Positions 42,701-51,945 of a stretch of 64,000 nucleotides of DNA are shown here, piece by piece; position 1 is the stretch's first letter; every line of letters starts with the position of its first letter. The notes beneath the pieces are model-generated. The model was not told the DNA's origin. It made no database searches and saw only the letters and a program-made list of their open reading frames with translations. The translations under genes were made by a program, and so were the position numbers. The stretch comes from Escherichia phage outra: the sequence record MN850645.1; one strand, written 5' to 3'.

Positions 42701-45576
42701 TGTCAAGAATTAAGCACAGAATTGACAATGTTTTTCAACTGATCGATGGACATATTCAGTTCTTAGATCGTAATACAGGTTTAACTGTAGATCCTACAGT
42801 GCAACACTATGTATTAAACCCACAAAACGTTCTAGCTAATAACAGACACTTTATAAACTGGACTGCTCAAGAAGGGCAACCAAACGGGGATGCTACAACA
42901 GAAGGTCAATCCGTGCTTATTCTTGGTTGCGCTTATGCATACCTAGCTTCCGGCGATACAAAGTATTTAGACTCTGCTAAAAAATATTGGCAAGCCTATA
43001 TAGATTACTTCTTTGGTGGTCAACCTATCCCAGATCCGCCAGCAAAGTATCGCCCTAACTGGATTATTAACGGTAAAGAACCACGTCTTGCACATTATCC
43101 TCTTACAGATGATGGCTACCCTACACACGGAGGTTTTAAGGGTAGCTTAATGACGTGGACTAACGGTAGAACAGTTATTCCTCATGGTGCTCCACATTGG
43201 GGAGAATACCTTGATAAAGCATGGTTTGCTTTTAATGGTAATCTAGGATGGAACTCTGTAAACGCTACAGTATATGCTGTTAATGCAGATGGTACAACAG
43301 ATTGGTCTAAGAAGGGAGATCAATGGGATGTTGATTGGATCATTGATCGTCTAGGACGTAAAGTTGATTGGGATGGAAATATCTTAGAAGAAGGTTTTCC
43401 AACATCTCAATACGGAACAGTTCAACTAAAAAATACTTCTGTAAATGGTACATATAAATTTAACTATGCGACTTGTAACCCTGTTGAACACGGTGGTTAT
43501 TTAATGGAGCGTAACACTATGTGGCATAACAGACCAGTTAACGTTCCGGTAGAAATGGGCTTTCAGGATAATGCGTCAGATGCCGAAACTTGGTGGTGTG
43601 ATGCTAATTACCTGATGTACCAAATTACAGGAGAAAGAAAATATTGGCTATGCTGGCAGTCTTCACTGTTAGTGTGTCAAGATTATTCAAACATTGATAT
43701 GTTTGATAAATTCTTCCGTAAGTCTACATATGCAACTATCCCGTTTACAGATGGCATCTCTTACGATTATTCGTATCCATCTACAGCAATACCTAAATAT
43801 TCAAGAGATACTTTAGGTTATATTGTTATTAGACAAGATGTTGCTGCTCAAACAACATTAGAACAGCAATCTATTTGGTTTAAAGTTGATCAGAACTCTA
43901 AGTTACGAGTTCAGTTCCAAGGCGTAGATGACGCAGGACATGGTATTCTTTTCCGTCCAGAATTGGAGCTAAGTAAGACCAAAGATGAAAATAACACAGT
44001 AACTTACCGTTGTGGCTTACCATTAGGTACAGCTAATATGACAAGCATGGATATTCCATTATCCAGCTTTATGAGAAGTACCCCTCCGAATGGTGGAACA
44101 TATATTATCGCAGATCCGCGAATTATTGTTGACTGGGGTGACAATACTGTGGTACAATTTAAGTATGTAACAGGTATTGCTGGAACTAATAATGACCAGA
44201 TTGTTACTGCATCAATGGATACGGATGGTGGTGTCACTGTTGGTTTTTGGTTAACTCCTACATCAAAAGCTAATGTTAAGTCTATTACATATAGAACATA
44301 TGAAGATGACTTTAACATGACTATCACGGATGCTCAAGGTTGGAGATGGTGGGCTATGCTGCCTAAAACGCAAGGAGCATGGAGTACGAAGACTTTATCA
44401 GCTTCTGATTTTCAGTTAAGTGCTTACCAGCCTAATCATCCAGATACAGATCCTAAACCTTCAGCAATAAATCTTACTGCGGTAGATCAGGTAAATTTAG
44501 TTCTTGATACGGCTCCTGTCAATGGTTTAACAGGAACAATAGATTTCTATTGTATTAATGATGTACCTGAAAGATATTCGTCATCTTCTGGTGATGATTA
44601 TACCATGTACTTCCGTATTACTGTACAGGCTTCAAGTCCTCATACTGCTAAGTTAGGTGATTGTACTATTATTGACTATAAGTTAAATAGTCTTAATTAC
44701 ACACCAGGAATAATTCCATTCTCTAATATCAGTGACCCAAACACTGCATTATACGATGGATGGCGTGGTATTCCATACCCAGGATACCAGTATCCTTCCT
44801 TATACTGCTTCGCAGGTAGGGATATTGATTGGACACGTTTAAACAACAGTATTGATTTCTTGTATGATGCTCAAATGTGGTTTTATAACACGTTTGATCC
44901 TGTGATGCCTGGGCCTATGGCACAAGCATATGTGTGGGATCGTTGGGATGCAAGAAAATACGGTGAACCTAATACGTTTACAATGAAACACTGGAATGAA
45001 AAAGCGTGGGATGGTTATGAAGCTCGTGCATTCTACTGTGCTTGTCATGCTGTATACGAACTTGTACAAAGAGGAGAAACACCTCCTGAAAAACTAGTAA
45101 CTGTTTGTAAAAATTGGATCAACTACCTTAAATGGTTCCAAGACAATAATGATGGAAGAACACCAACTATCTTTAACCCAGATGGTACAGTTCTTGCGCC
45201 TATAGATGACTTTACTAGTCATATGTCTGCACTGTTTATGGCGGGTTGTTCAATCATGGGCTTGGCAGGTTATGATTCACAAATTCCAAACATTGGTATT
45301 GTAGCAGACAGATGTTTTGATCTGATTCAGCAAAACTATATTGTGCTCTCCCCTAACCATCCAATGAATGGTTGCTGGAGTGTTGCACCGCGTCCAGATT
45401 CAGATAACGGAATGTTCTTTGGTTTCCATGCTGGAGAACTATTACGTGGTTTTGGTTTATATGCTTTATATCGTAAACTAAATCCTCAAAACGCCTTACC
45501 AATTTTGGACAATAGTAACATACCGACACTAACTGTTCTAACTATGAATGATATTAGTGTTGATGTAACCAAATAA
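42700..45576 (+). CDS. large tail/baseplate protein (958 aa) with possible glycan-processing domain
   Basis: Trp/Tyr-rich segments (AYAYLASGDTKYLDSAKKYWQAYIDYFF; FYCACHAVYELVQRGE) suggest a helical carbohydrate-active fold; unverified. Confidence 0.4.
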   Translation: MSRIKHRIDNVFQLIDGHIQFLDRNTGLTVDPTVQHYVLNPQNVLANNRHFINWTAQEGQPNGDATTEGQSVLILGCAYAYLASGDTKYLDSAKKYWQAYIDYFFGGQPIPDPPAKYRPNWIINGKEPRLAHYPLTDDGYPTHGGFKGSLMTWTNGRTVIPHGAPHWGEYLDKAWFAFNGNLGWNSVNATVYAVNADGTTDWSKKGDQWDVDWIIDRLGRKVDWDGNILEEGFPTSQYGTVQLKNTSVNGTYKFNYATCNPVEHGGYLMERNTMWHNRPVNVPVEMGFQDNASDAETWWCDANYLMYQITGERKYWLCWQSSLLVCQDYSNIDMFDKFFRKSTYATIPFTDGISYDYSYPSTAIPKYSRDTLGYIVIRQDVAAQTTLEQQSIWFKVDQNSKLRVQFQGVDDAGHGILFRPELELSKTKDENNTVTYRCGLPLGTANMTSMDIPLSSFMRSTPPNGGTYIIADPRIIVDWGDNTVVQFKYVTGIAGTNNDQIVTASMDTDGGVTVGFWLTPTSKANVKSITYRTYEDDFNMTITDAQGWRWWAMLPKTQGAWSTKTLSASDFQLSAYQPNHPDTDPKPSAINLTAVDQVNLVLDTAPVNGLTGTIDFYCINDVPERYSSSSGDDYTMYFRITVQASSPHTAKLGDCTIIDYKLNSLNYTPGIIPFSNISDPNTALYDGWRGIPYPGYQYPSLYCFAGRDIDWTRLNNSIDFLYDAQMWFYNTFDPVMPGPMAQAYVWDRWDARKYGEPNTFTMKHWNEKAWDGYEARAFYCACHAVYELVQRGETPPEKLVTVCKNWINYLKWFQDNNDGRTPTIFNPDGTVLAPIDDFTSHMSALFMAGCSIMGLAGYDSQIPNIGIVADRCFDLIQQNYIVLSPNHPMNGCWSVAPRPDSDNGMFFGFHAGELLRGFGLYALYRKLNPQNALPILDNSNIPTLTVLTMNDISVDVTK

Positions 45577-45584
45577 GGAAAATA

Positions 45585-47660
45585 ATGAAACAGGCTATTT
45601 TTACTGTAACTCGAAATACGAGAGTAAATGCCAGTTCATTCAGCTATAAGACCGTCGATGGAACGGCGGTCGCTGGTAGAGATTATGTAGCTAAACAGGG
45701 AACAGTAACGTTCCCTTCTGATGCAGATTCTGCTACTGTAGTGGTTGATGTATATGAACGTCCGGCAAACTCTTTAGATCTTTATTTTACTCTTGAGATT
45801 ACTAGCATAAGTCAAAATAACATGATGATCAACGAAGAAATTCGTTGTGTTATTACGACTGATCAATCGAATACAACCCCGCTAACTTGGCCTGTTGTGA
45901 AGTCTAGAATGTTTGATCCTAAGTTTTGGACAATAGATTCTCAAGCAACAGAAAGTTGTTCTATTATCTCTAATGGTGATTCTTTCACAGCAAGAATGGT
46001 TAATAGGACAGTGGCTGGTCTTGCTGGGATTATTTGGTCAACTTACGATAAATATGATCACAAAGGATTAGGCTACCAAGAACATTCTGACTTAAGTAAA
46101 GAGAAACTTTGGTTTAAAATGGAACTTAGTCAAGGTGTTCCTGGATTAAAAGAAGAAAAATTAATGCCATCCTTAACAGTGACACTGAAGGATGAAACAG
46201 TTCATTATGTATCTCTAAACTTTTATGCAGAAGAAGTTTCAGAGGACGGTAAAACAGCAATAATCAAATTAGATTTCTCAAATTTAAAATCTGGGCCAGA
46301 AAATGATATTGTTGTTGACACTACACAGATAGATAACATGTTCTTCTCCTTGATTTCCGCAAGGTATCAAGAAATTGAAGATGTTATACCAGTAGACAAT
46401 ATAGATCTTTCCTTTAAGTTTACCATACTAGAGCCTGATACTGGTTACAGTATGATGAATATGGGTAATTTAAATGTTCCGGCGCACACCATAAGAATGT
46501 GTACATCTTATGATGATATGTATAACCTAACACCAGAGCGAGTTATTTCTAACACCTATAGATTAGGTTATAGAGATATGATTAACCATTATAATGGTAT
46601 GTCACACTATTATCAATTTAGTTGGGATGCCGGATCTAATAAATGGGCTTTGAATAGAACAGAATATTTAAACCCAGCAACAGAAGCCTGGTTTGATAAT
46701 TTCCACGCTAATGCAAAAGCTATGGGCTACACAGTAATGAACTCCTTAAGTTTTGAACTTATGAGTACAGTGTGTCCTGTAGAATGGGTACAACATACTT
46801 GGAATGATGATCTGGCTGCTACAGGTTATGAGCCACCAAGTTATGTTTTATCTCCTTCAATTGATGAAGGGATGAATTATTTACAAGGTGTAATAAATAA
46901 GATAGCTTCTATATCCGCTGCCAATGATCTTCCTGTTATTATTCAGGTTGGTGAACCGTGGTGGTGGTATAACACAGCTACCAATCTACCGTGTATCTAT
47001 GATTATACAACCAAAGTTGCATTTAATAATGAAACTGGGTTATATGCACAAGATGTTGGTACAGTTAAGAATTATAAAACTGGTACACCATATGATGAAT
47101 ATTATGCATTCCTATCTAAAACATTAGGACTGCGTGTTGCTAAATTTGCAACAGATACTAAATTAGCCTATCCTGGAGCTAAAGTTACATTATTACCATT
47201 TGTGCCATCCATTTTAGGTAACGGTATGATGGAGTTTGTTAACTTCCCTAAAGATCATTATATCCCAGAAAACTTTGACTTTTATTGTTCAGAATGTTAT
47301 GACTGGTTGTTGGAAGGTCAGATGGAAAGATCTTTCGACGCTATCAAAATACCTAATGAGCAACTAGGTTTTAGTTATGATAAGATACATTATCTTGCAG
47401 GGTTTGTTCCAGATGCAACTCTAGCACCATTATATGGCTTTGATCCTGAATCAGACTACAGAACATATTTGTGGAAAATGATTATAGGTAATATTGTATT
47501 GAATGACCAGAAGTTTGTTGGTTTGTATCAATACATATGGGCTTATCCACAAATTATGGCAGATTCATTAACTGTTCTTAATTCAAAATCCCAAGTTTTT
47601 TATATGGGTAACGTACCTCTGAATGTCTTTTTACAAGATACAGTATATGTTTCTTCTTAA
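45585..47660 (+). CDS. large tail/baseplate protein (691 aa)
   Basis: ORF track; aromatic-rich GEPWWWYN segment; function unknown. Confidence 0.4.
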   Translation: MKQAIFTVTRNTRVNASSFSYKTVDGTAVAGRDYVAKQGTVTFPSDADSATVVVDVYERPANSLDLYFTLEITSISQNNMMINEEIRCVITTDQSNTTPLTWPVVKSRMFDPKFWTIDSQATESCSIISNGDSFTARMVNRTVAGLAGIIWSTYDKYDHKGLGYQEHSDLSKEKLWFKMELSQGVPGLKEEKLMPSLTVTLKDETVHYVSLNFYAEEVSEDGKTAIIKLDFSNLKSGPENDIVVDTTQIDNMFFSLISARYQEIEDVIPVDNIDLSFKFTILEPDTGYSMMNMGNLNVPAHTIRMCTSYDDMYNLTPERVISNTYRLGYRDMINHYNGMSHYYQFSWDAGSNKWALNRTEYLNPATEAWFDNFHANAKAMGYTVMNSLSFELMSTVCPVEWVQHTWNDDLAATGYEPPSYVLSPSIDEGMNYLQGVINKIASISAANDLPVIIQVGEPWWWYNTATNLPCIYDYTTKVAFNNETGLYAQDVGTVKNYKTGTPYDEYYAFLSKTLGLRVAKFATDTKLAYPGAKVTLLPFVPSILGNGMMEFVNFPKDHYIPENFDFYCSECYDWLLEGQMERSFDAIKIPNEQLGFSYDKIHYLAGFVPDATLAPLYGFDPESDYRTYLWKMIIGNIVLNDQKFVGLYQYIWAYPQIMADSLTVLNSKSQVFYMGNVPLNVFLQDTVYVSS

Positions 47661-47671
47661 GGATCTCTAGT

Positions 47672-47917
47672 ATGAGAAAATTTTTAATAGGTATGTTTTG
47701 TACATATCCTGATAATAAAGTCAGTTCTACTAAAGTTTGGAATGCTATTGGTATGATTGTTATGTCCAGTATGTTTATTTATTTGGGAATTGATAAAGAA
47801 ATTCCTGAATGGATGGGCTGGGCTTTTGTTTTTATGATCACACCATCCAGACTAATGAAGAATTTAATAGATTTACGTTGGGGCAGATCACCTGCCCCTG
47901 ATAAGGAGGATAACTAA
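47672..47917 (+). CDS. small membrane protein (81 aa, two hydrophobic segments)
   Basis: IGMIVMSSMFIYLGI and WMGWAFVFMITP hydrophobic stretches; embedded in baseplate cluster. Confidence 0.4.
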   Translation: MRKFLIGMFCTYPDNKVSSTKVWNAIGMIVMSSMFIYLGIDKEIPEWMGWAFVFMITPSRLMKNLIDLRWGRSPAPDKEDN

Positions 47918-49404
47918 TGGCAGATTATGGTTTAACAGATGCTGGTTTTGTCATTCCAACGTTTGATGATATTCTAAATAATTATATGACAGCATTGAAA
48001 AACACTTTCGGTGCAGATACAGCTACATCTGAAGATACTGTCTTTGGTCAACTGTTTCGTATTATTGCATATACAGATTACACCCTTTGGGAAGGTATGC
48101 AAGGTGTTTACAATACCCAAACCTTAGATGGTGCAGAAGGTATTTACCTTGATGAAATTTTCTCTAAGAGAGGTTTTTATCGTAAGGCAGCTTCTGCTGG
48201 TAGTGGTTATGCTTATGTTAAATCTAACAATAAGGCAGCTTGGACTTATGAACTAAGCACCGATGTTTATTTTAATGCCGATAACGATTTGACATATTAT
48301 GTCAGTGCACCAACAATGTTGAATGCTAAGATTGGAGCATATACCATTTCTAAAGCAAACGCAACAGCTTCTGGTGAAACTTCTATTACTTTCTACATTC
48401 AAAGTGCTATTGATGGTGGTCTTAACAGTAAAACACTAAGTCCTAGCAATACAAACTTTATTTTAGATCTCACGAATTTCATTAAAGCTAACGTATCAAC
48501 AACAGATCGTGCTTTAGTATGGAATGATGCCAGTAATGTTTACATGGGTTATAATCCAGAAGATAATGTTAACCCAATAGGTCTAGTAACACCAGTGAAA
48601 TTTTACGCATCTATTGCAATTGGTACAAAATGGAGTGAAATCCCAGTTACGTGTTCAGACGTTGGTTATAATCCAGTAGGTACAGAAAGTATTACAGGTA
48701 TTTCTTCAACGTTTACAGGCTTTTTAGATACAGGTAACTTCTATCCATTCTCTCCAGGTACGGATGTTGAAACAGATGCAGAATTCCGTTCTCGTTTCAA
48801 TGATAATATGGATGAAGCTAATGCTGCTACTCGTGCTGCTATTGTTAAAGCTCTGCTACTGACAGATGGTGTGACAAAGGTTAAGATTTATGATAACCCT
48901 ACACTACATGATCAGGAACATGCTCCAGCTATGACATTCCAGACTATTGTGTATGGCGGTACAGCAGAAGAAGTTGCACAGGTTATTTATAATACTAAGC
49001 CTATTAACACCTTAACCTATGGTACAACAGCAATTACTATCGTAACAGAAGATGGCGGTCAAGAAGTAATTCGTTTTTCTCCTGGTGACAATGCTGAATA
49101 TTCACTTAAACTAGTATATCAAACTGGCAATGGTAGTGTATTAAGTACAACAGAAAGAGAAAATATTGTTTCTGCTCTTTCAAATCTACAGGCTTATTTT
49201 GAGTTAGGTTCAACAGTAACTAACGATCAGATAAAAGGTGTAATTTATTCTGCACTTGCGTTCGGACGCTTGACTTCTCTCCGTGTTTATGTTAAACTTA
49301 ATACTGAGGATGACAGTAAATATAATGAGGGAGATATCACTCCAGCGTACAATGTTGTACCATCCTTTGACCTTGATAATATTTCCTACGAGTACGGAGT
49401 CTAA
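47917..49404 (+). CDS. baseplate J-like protein
   Basis: 495 aa; N-terminal MADYGLTDAGFVIPTFDDILNNY... typical of gpJ/gp47-like baseplate proteins (recalled pattern). Confidence 0.5.
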   Translation: MADYGLTDAGFVIPTFDDILNNYMTALKNTFGADTATSEDTVFGQLFRIIAYTDYTLWEGMQGVYNTQTLDGAEGIYLDEIFSKRGFYRKAASAGSGYAYVKSNNKAAWTYELSTDVYFNADNDLTYYVSAPTMLNAKIGAYTISKANATASGETSITFYIQSAIDGGLNSKTLSPSNTNFILDLTNFIKANVSTTDRALVWNDASNVYMGYNPEDNVNPIGLVTPVKFYASIAIGTKWSEIPVTCSDVGYNPVGTESITGISSTFTGFLDTGNFYPFSPGTDVETDAEFRSRFNDNMDEANAATRAAIVKALLLTDGVTKVKIYDNPTLHDQEHAPAMTFQTIVYGGTAEEVAQVIYNTKPINTLTYGTTAITIVTEDGGQEVIRFSPGDNAEYSLKLVYQTGNGSVLSTTERENIVSALSNLQAYFELGSTVTNDQIKGVIYSALAFGRLTSLRVYVKLNTEDDSKYNEGDITPAYNVVPSFDLDNISYEYGV

Positions 49405-49406
49405 AA

Positions 49407-50036
49407 ATGGCAGTGAGTGTTGACCATGTGACAACGTGGGATAGTATCAATGAAGATGTTAAAGACCTACTGATTGAAGATTTTAAATCTTCTCCGAACA
49501 TTGTCAAACTACTCTATATCATTTCTAGCGAAAAACAAAAGATAGATCAGGCAATGATCTATCTTGCCAAACACCGCTTAATCTCTACTGCAACTGGTAA
49601 GTATTTAGATCTTATTGGTGAAGAGATGGGGATGGAAAGAAATGGTGCTACAGATGAAGAGTATCGTACAATATTAAAAATCAGGGCTTATCGTGTTGCG
49701 TCTTCTGGTACGCGAGATGATATCATTGATATGTTCGCTCGTTTTACAGGAACAGAAAAAGAAACGATTAATACATACGTTGGATTAAATAAAACATTCG
49801 ACGTATTCTTTTATAATTTGTGTCTACAATCCGATCAGGCAGTAGCACAGTTACTTAACGTTTTCCCGATCCTAAGTAGTTATCGCTTAGGTGCGAAAGC
49901 GGGTGCAGCCTTTGGTTTCACTTCCTATTATGCCACAACTCCACCTCATGGTATAGGTGGTTTAGGTTCTCTTTACACAGAGGCTGAAGGAGATGATACA
50001 GGGCGAATGACTATGCTGATAGCTCAAATAGAATAA
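49407..50036 (+). CDS. baseplate/tail protein (gpI-like, putative)
   Basis: 209 aa immediately after J-like gene. Confidence 0.4.
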   Translation: MAVSVDHVTTWDSINEDVKDLLIEDFKSSPNIVKLLYIISSEKQKIDQAMIYLAKHRLISTATGKYLDLIGEEMGMERNGATDEEYRTILKIRAYRVASSGTRDDIIDMFARFTGTEKETINTYVGLNKTFDVFFYNLCLQSDQAVAQLLNVFPILSSYRLGAKAGAAFGFTSYYATTPPHGIGGLGSLYTEAEGDDTGRMTMLIAQIE

Positions 50037-50049
50037 GGAGTTACTCTTA

Positions 50050-51033
50050 ATGGCAAAGCCACAATACTACCCTGACTGGGCGACACAAACAGTAACCCTC
50101 CCAGGAACGGGAAACACAAACAAGATTAGACCAAAAGAAACCATCCGTAATGTTGGTATGGACTTTGGTCAGATTATGACTTGTGAAGAAATGAACTGGA
50201 TCTTAAACAATATTGGGTCTTGGATTCGCTATATGCAAGATGAATTCTTCCCAACATTGCCTACTACATATCTTCCTATAGTCGGTACTAAAATTACAAT
50301 GGCAGGTGATGCTACAGGTGAAGTCACATGGAATGGTAATGCTGCTGTAACATTATCTATTCAAGTAGTAGATAACAGCCATAATCACTTATCAGCTAAC
50401 ATTACAGACGCAACATCAAACCAAGTTGTAGGGAATGTCCTTGTTAAGCGTGATAATGGTGGTGCTATCTATGCAGGTGATATTTACACTTGTGGTACAG
50501 GTGCTACAGATCCTGCAACATTATTTTTTAGAAACTACAACGGACAAACAGTAGGTAATATGTCCTCTGAACCAGGTGCAGGTGGTCAACTCTATATTTA
50601 TAGAATGAACCCATCAACTGGAGGAACATCTTGTGCAGTCCGTTTATATGATGCAGGTTATGTTTTAATAGACAACCCTCGTTCTAATTCTGGTCAAGAT
50701 ACTGGTAATGGTAATGCTCTTGTAAGATTAGACTATCTTAACTCCAGACTAAACTCATTGCAAAGCACACTGCAAAATAATATTAACAACGTTAATAGTA
50801 ACTTGCAAGGCCAAATTAATAGCATTAACAATAGAGTTTCTTCTGTTGTGTCTGCTATCCGTCTTGGAACACGTATCCAAGCTGGTGTATCTGAGTCTCG
50901 TTTCTATGCTGGTCACGTGATCACAGGTTGGGGTTTTGGTGACAAGAAAGAACTTCGTGGTGCTTGGTATTGGTCAGCCCCGCTACAATATTATATTAAT
51001 GGTAGCTGGATAACAGTAACCAACGTTTCGTAA
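50050..51033 (+). CDS. tail fibre protein (short)
   Basis: 327 aa, Gly/Asn/Thr-rich, NxxNxxLQ repeats; follows baseplate J/I genes. Confidence 0.45.
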   Translation: MAKPQYYPDWATQTVTLPGTGNTNKIRPKETIRNVGMDFGQIMTCEEMNWILNNIGSWIRYMQDEFFPTLPTTYLPIVGTKITMAGDATGEVTWNGNAAVTLSIQVVDNSHNHLSANITDATSNQVVGNVLVKRDNGGAIYAGDIYTCGTGATDPATLFFRNYNGQTVGNMSSEPGAGGQLYIYRMNPSTGGTSCAVRLYDAGYVLIDNPRSNSGQDTGNGNALVRLDYLNSRLNSLQSTLQNNINNVNSNLQGQINSINNRVSSVVSAIRLGTRIQAGVSESRFYAGHVITGWGFGDKKELRGAWYWSAPLQYYINGSWITVTNVS

Positions 51034-51042
51034 GGAGAGTCT

Positions 51043-51594
51043 ATGAAAAAAGACGTTATTTTTACAGGTTTTGAATTGTATGAACCAGAATTAACAGAAG
51101 AAAATATTCTTTATCTTTCTGTTGGTGGTGGTTTTTTGCAAGACAAAGATGGTAACGACTGGTATCAGCTTCAAAAAACTTTGATGGTAGAATATCCCGA
51201 CGCTTATTTTATTACCTTAGATGATAATAATATTGTACGTGGTGCTACTAAAGATGTTACTACCTATTTCCCTGCCGGACAATCTATTTTAGTTACATAT
51301 AATGTACCAGATAAAATAGAAGATGAAAGTAACATTGGCTCTTGGCAATATGTTGAAGGTAAGTTTGTTCCTCACAATAATCTTGCTATTGAAGATGCTA
51401 CTCTTAAGTTAGAAAAGGAGCTAACTTGGGCTACGAATCAAGTGTCTGCGATTCAAGATTTAGAGGAATTACAAGGTTTATCTGAAGAACAAAAAGATTG
51501 GTTAGGAAAAGTTAAACTCTATCGTGCAACATTAATTCAAATTAACGTTGAAGATGCACCTAATATAACTTGGCCTACAAGACCTAAGAAATAG
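51043..51594 (+). CDS. tail fibre assembly/accessory protein (putative)
   Basis: Position between fibre genes. Confidence 0.35.
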   Translation: MKKDVIFTGFELYEPELTEENILYLSVGGGFLQDKDGNDWYQLQKTLMVEYPDAYFITLDDNNIVRGATKDVTTYFPAGQSILVTYNVPDKIEDESNIGSWQYVEGKFVPHNNLAIEDATLKLEKELTWATNQVSAIQDLEELQGLSEEQKDWLGKVKLYRATLIQINVEDAPNITWPTRPKK

Positions 51595-51603
51595 GGGCAA
51601 TGT

Positions 51604-51945
51604 ATGGAGCTAACAGAAGTATGGGATATCGCTAAAGAGGCGATTATCCCTCTTATTGGCGTAATCTGGGTGGTCTTCAAACAGAAGATAGATGATATGG
51701 CAAGTGATTTGGATAAAATGGAAGACAAATACCGCGAACTAGAAAAGAAGTTGGTGTTTGTTGAATCCACTTATGCTACCAAAGCAGAACTTGCTCAAAT
51801 GCTTAACCAGATCAACTCTACATTAATGGCAAATAATACTGCCTTAGAACAGAAGATTGAAAAAATAATGGATTTAAAAAATGCTCCTGTTCAATTAATG
51901 CTAGAGGAGATTACAAAGCGCACACAAAGTAAGGACAAAAATTAA
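51604..51945 (+). CDS. small coiled-coil protein (113 aa)
   Basis: N-terminal hydrophobic segment plus heptad-rich region. Confidence 0.35.
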   Translation: MELTEVWDIAKEAIIPLIGVIWVVFKQKIDDMASDLDKMEDKYRELEKKLVFVESTYATKAELAQMLNQINSTLMANNTALEQKIEKIMDLKNAPVQLMLEEITKRTQSKDKN

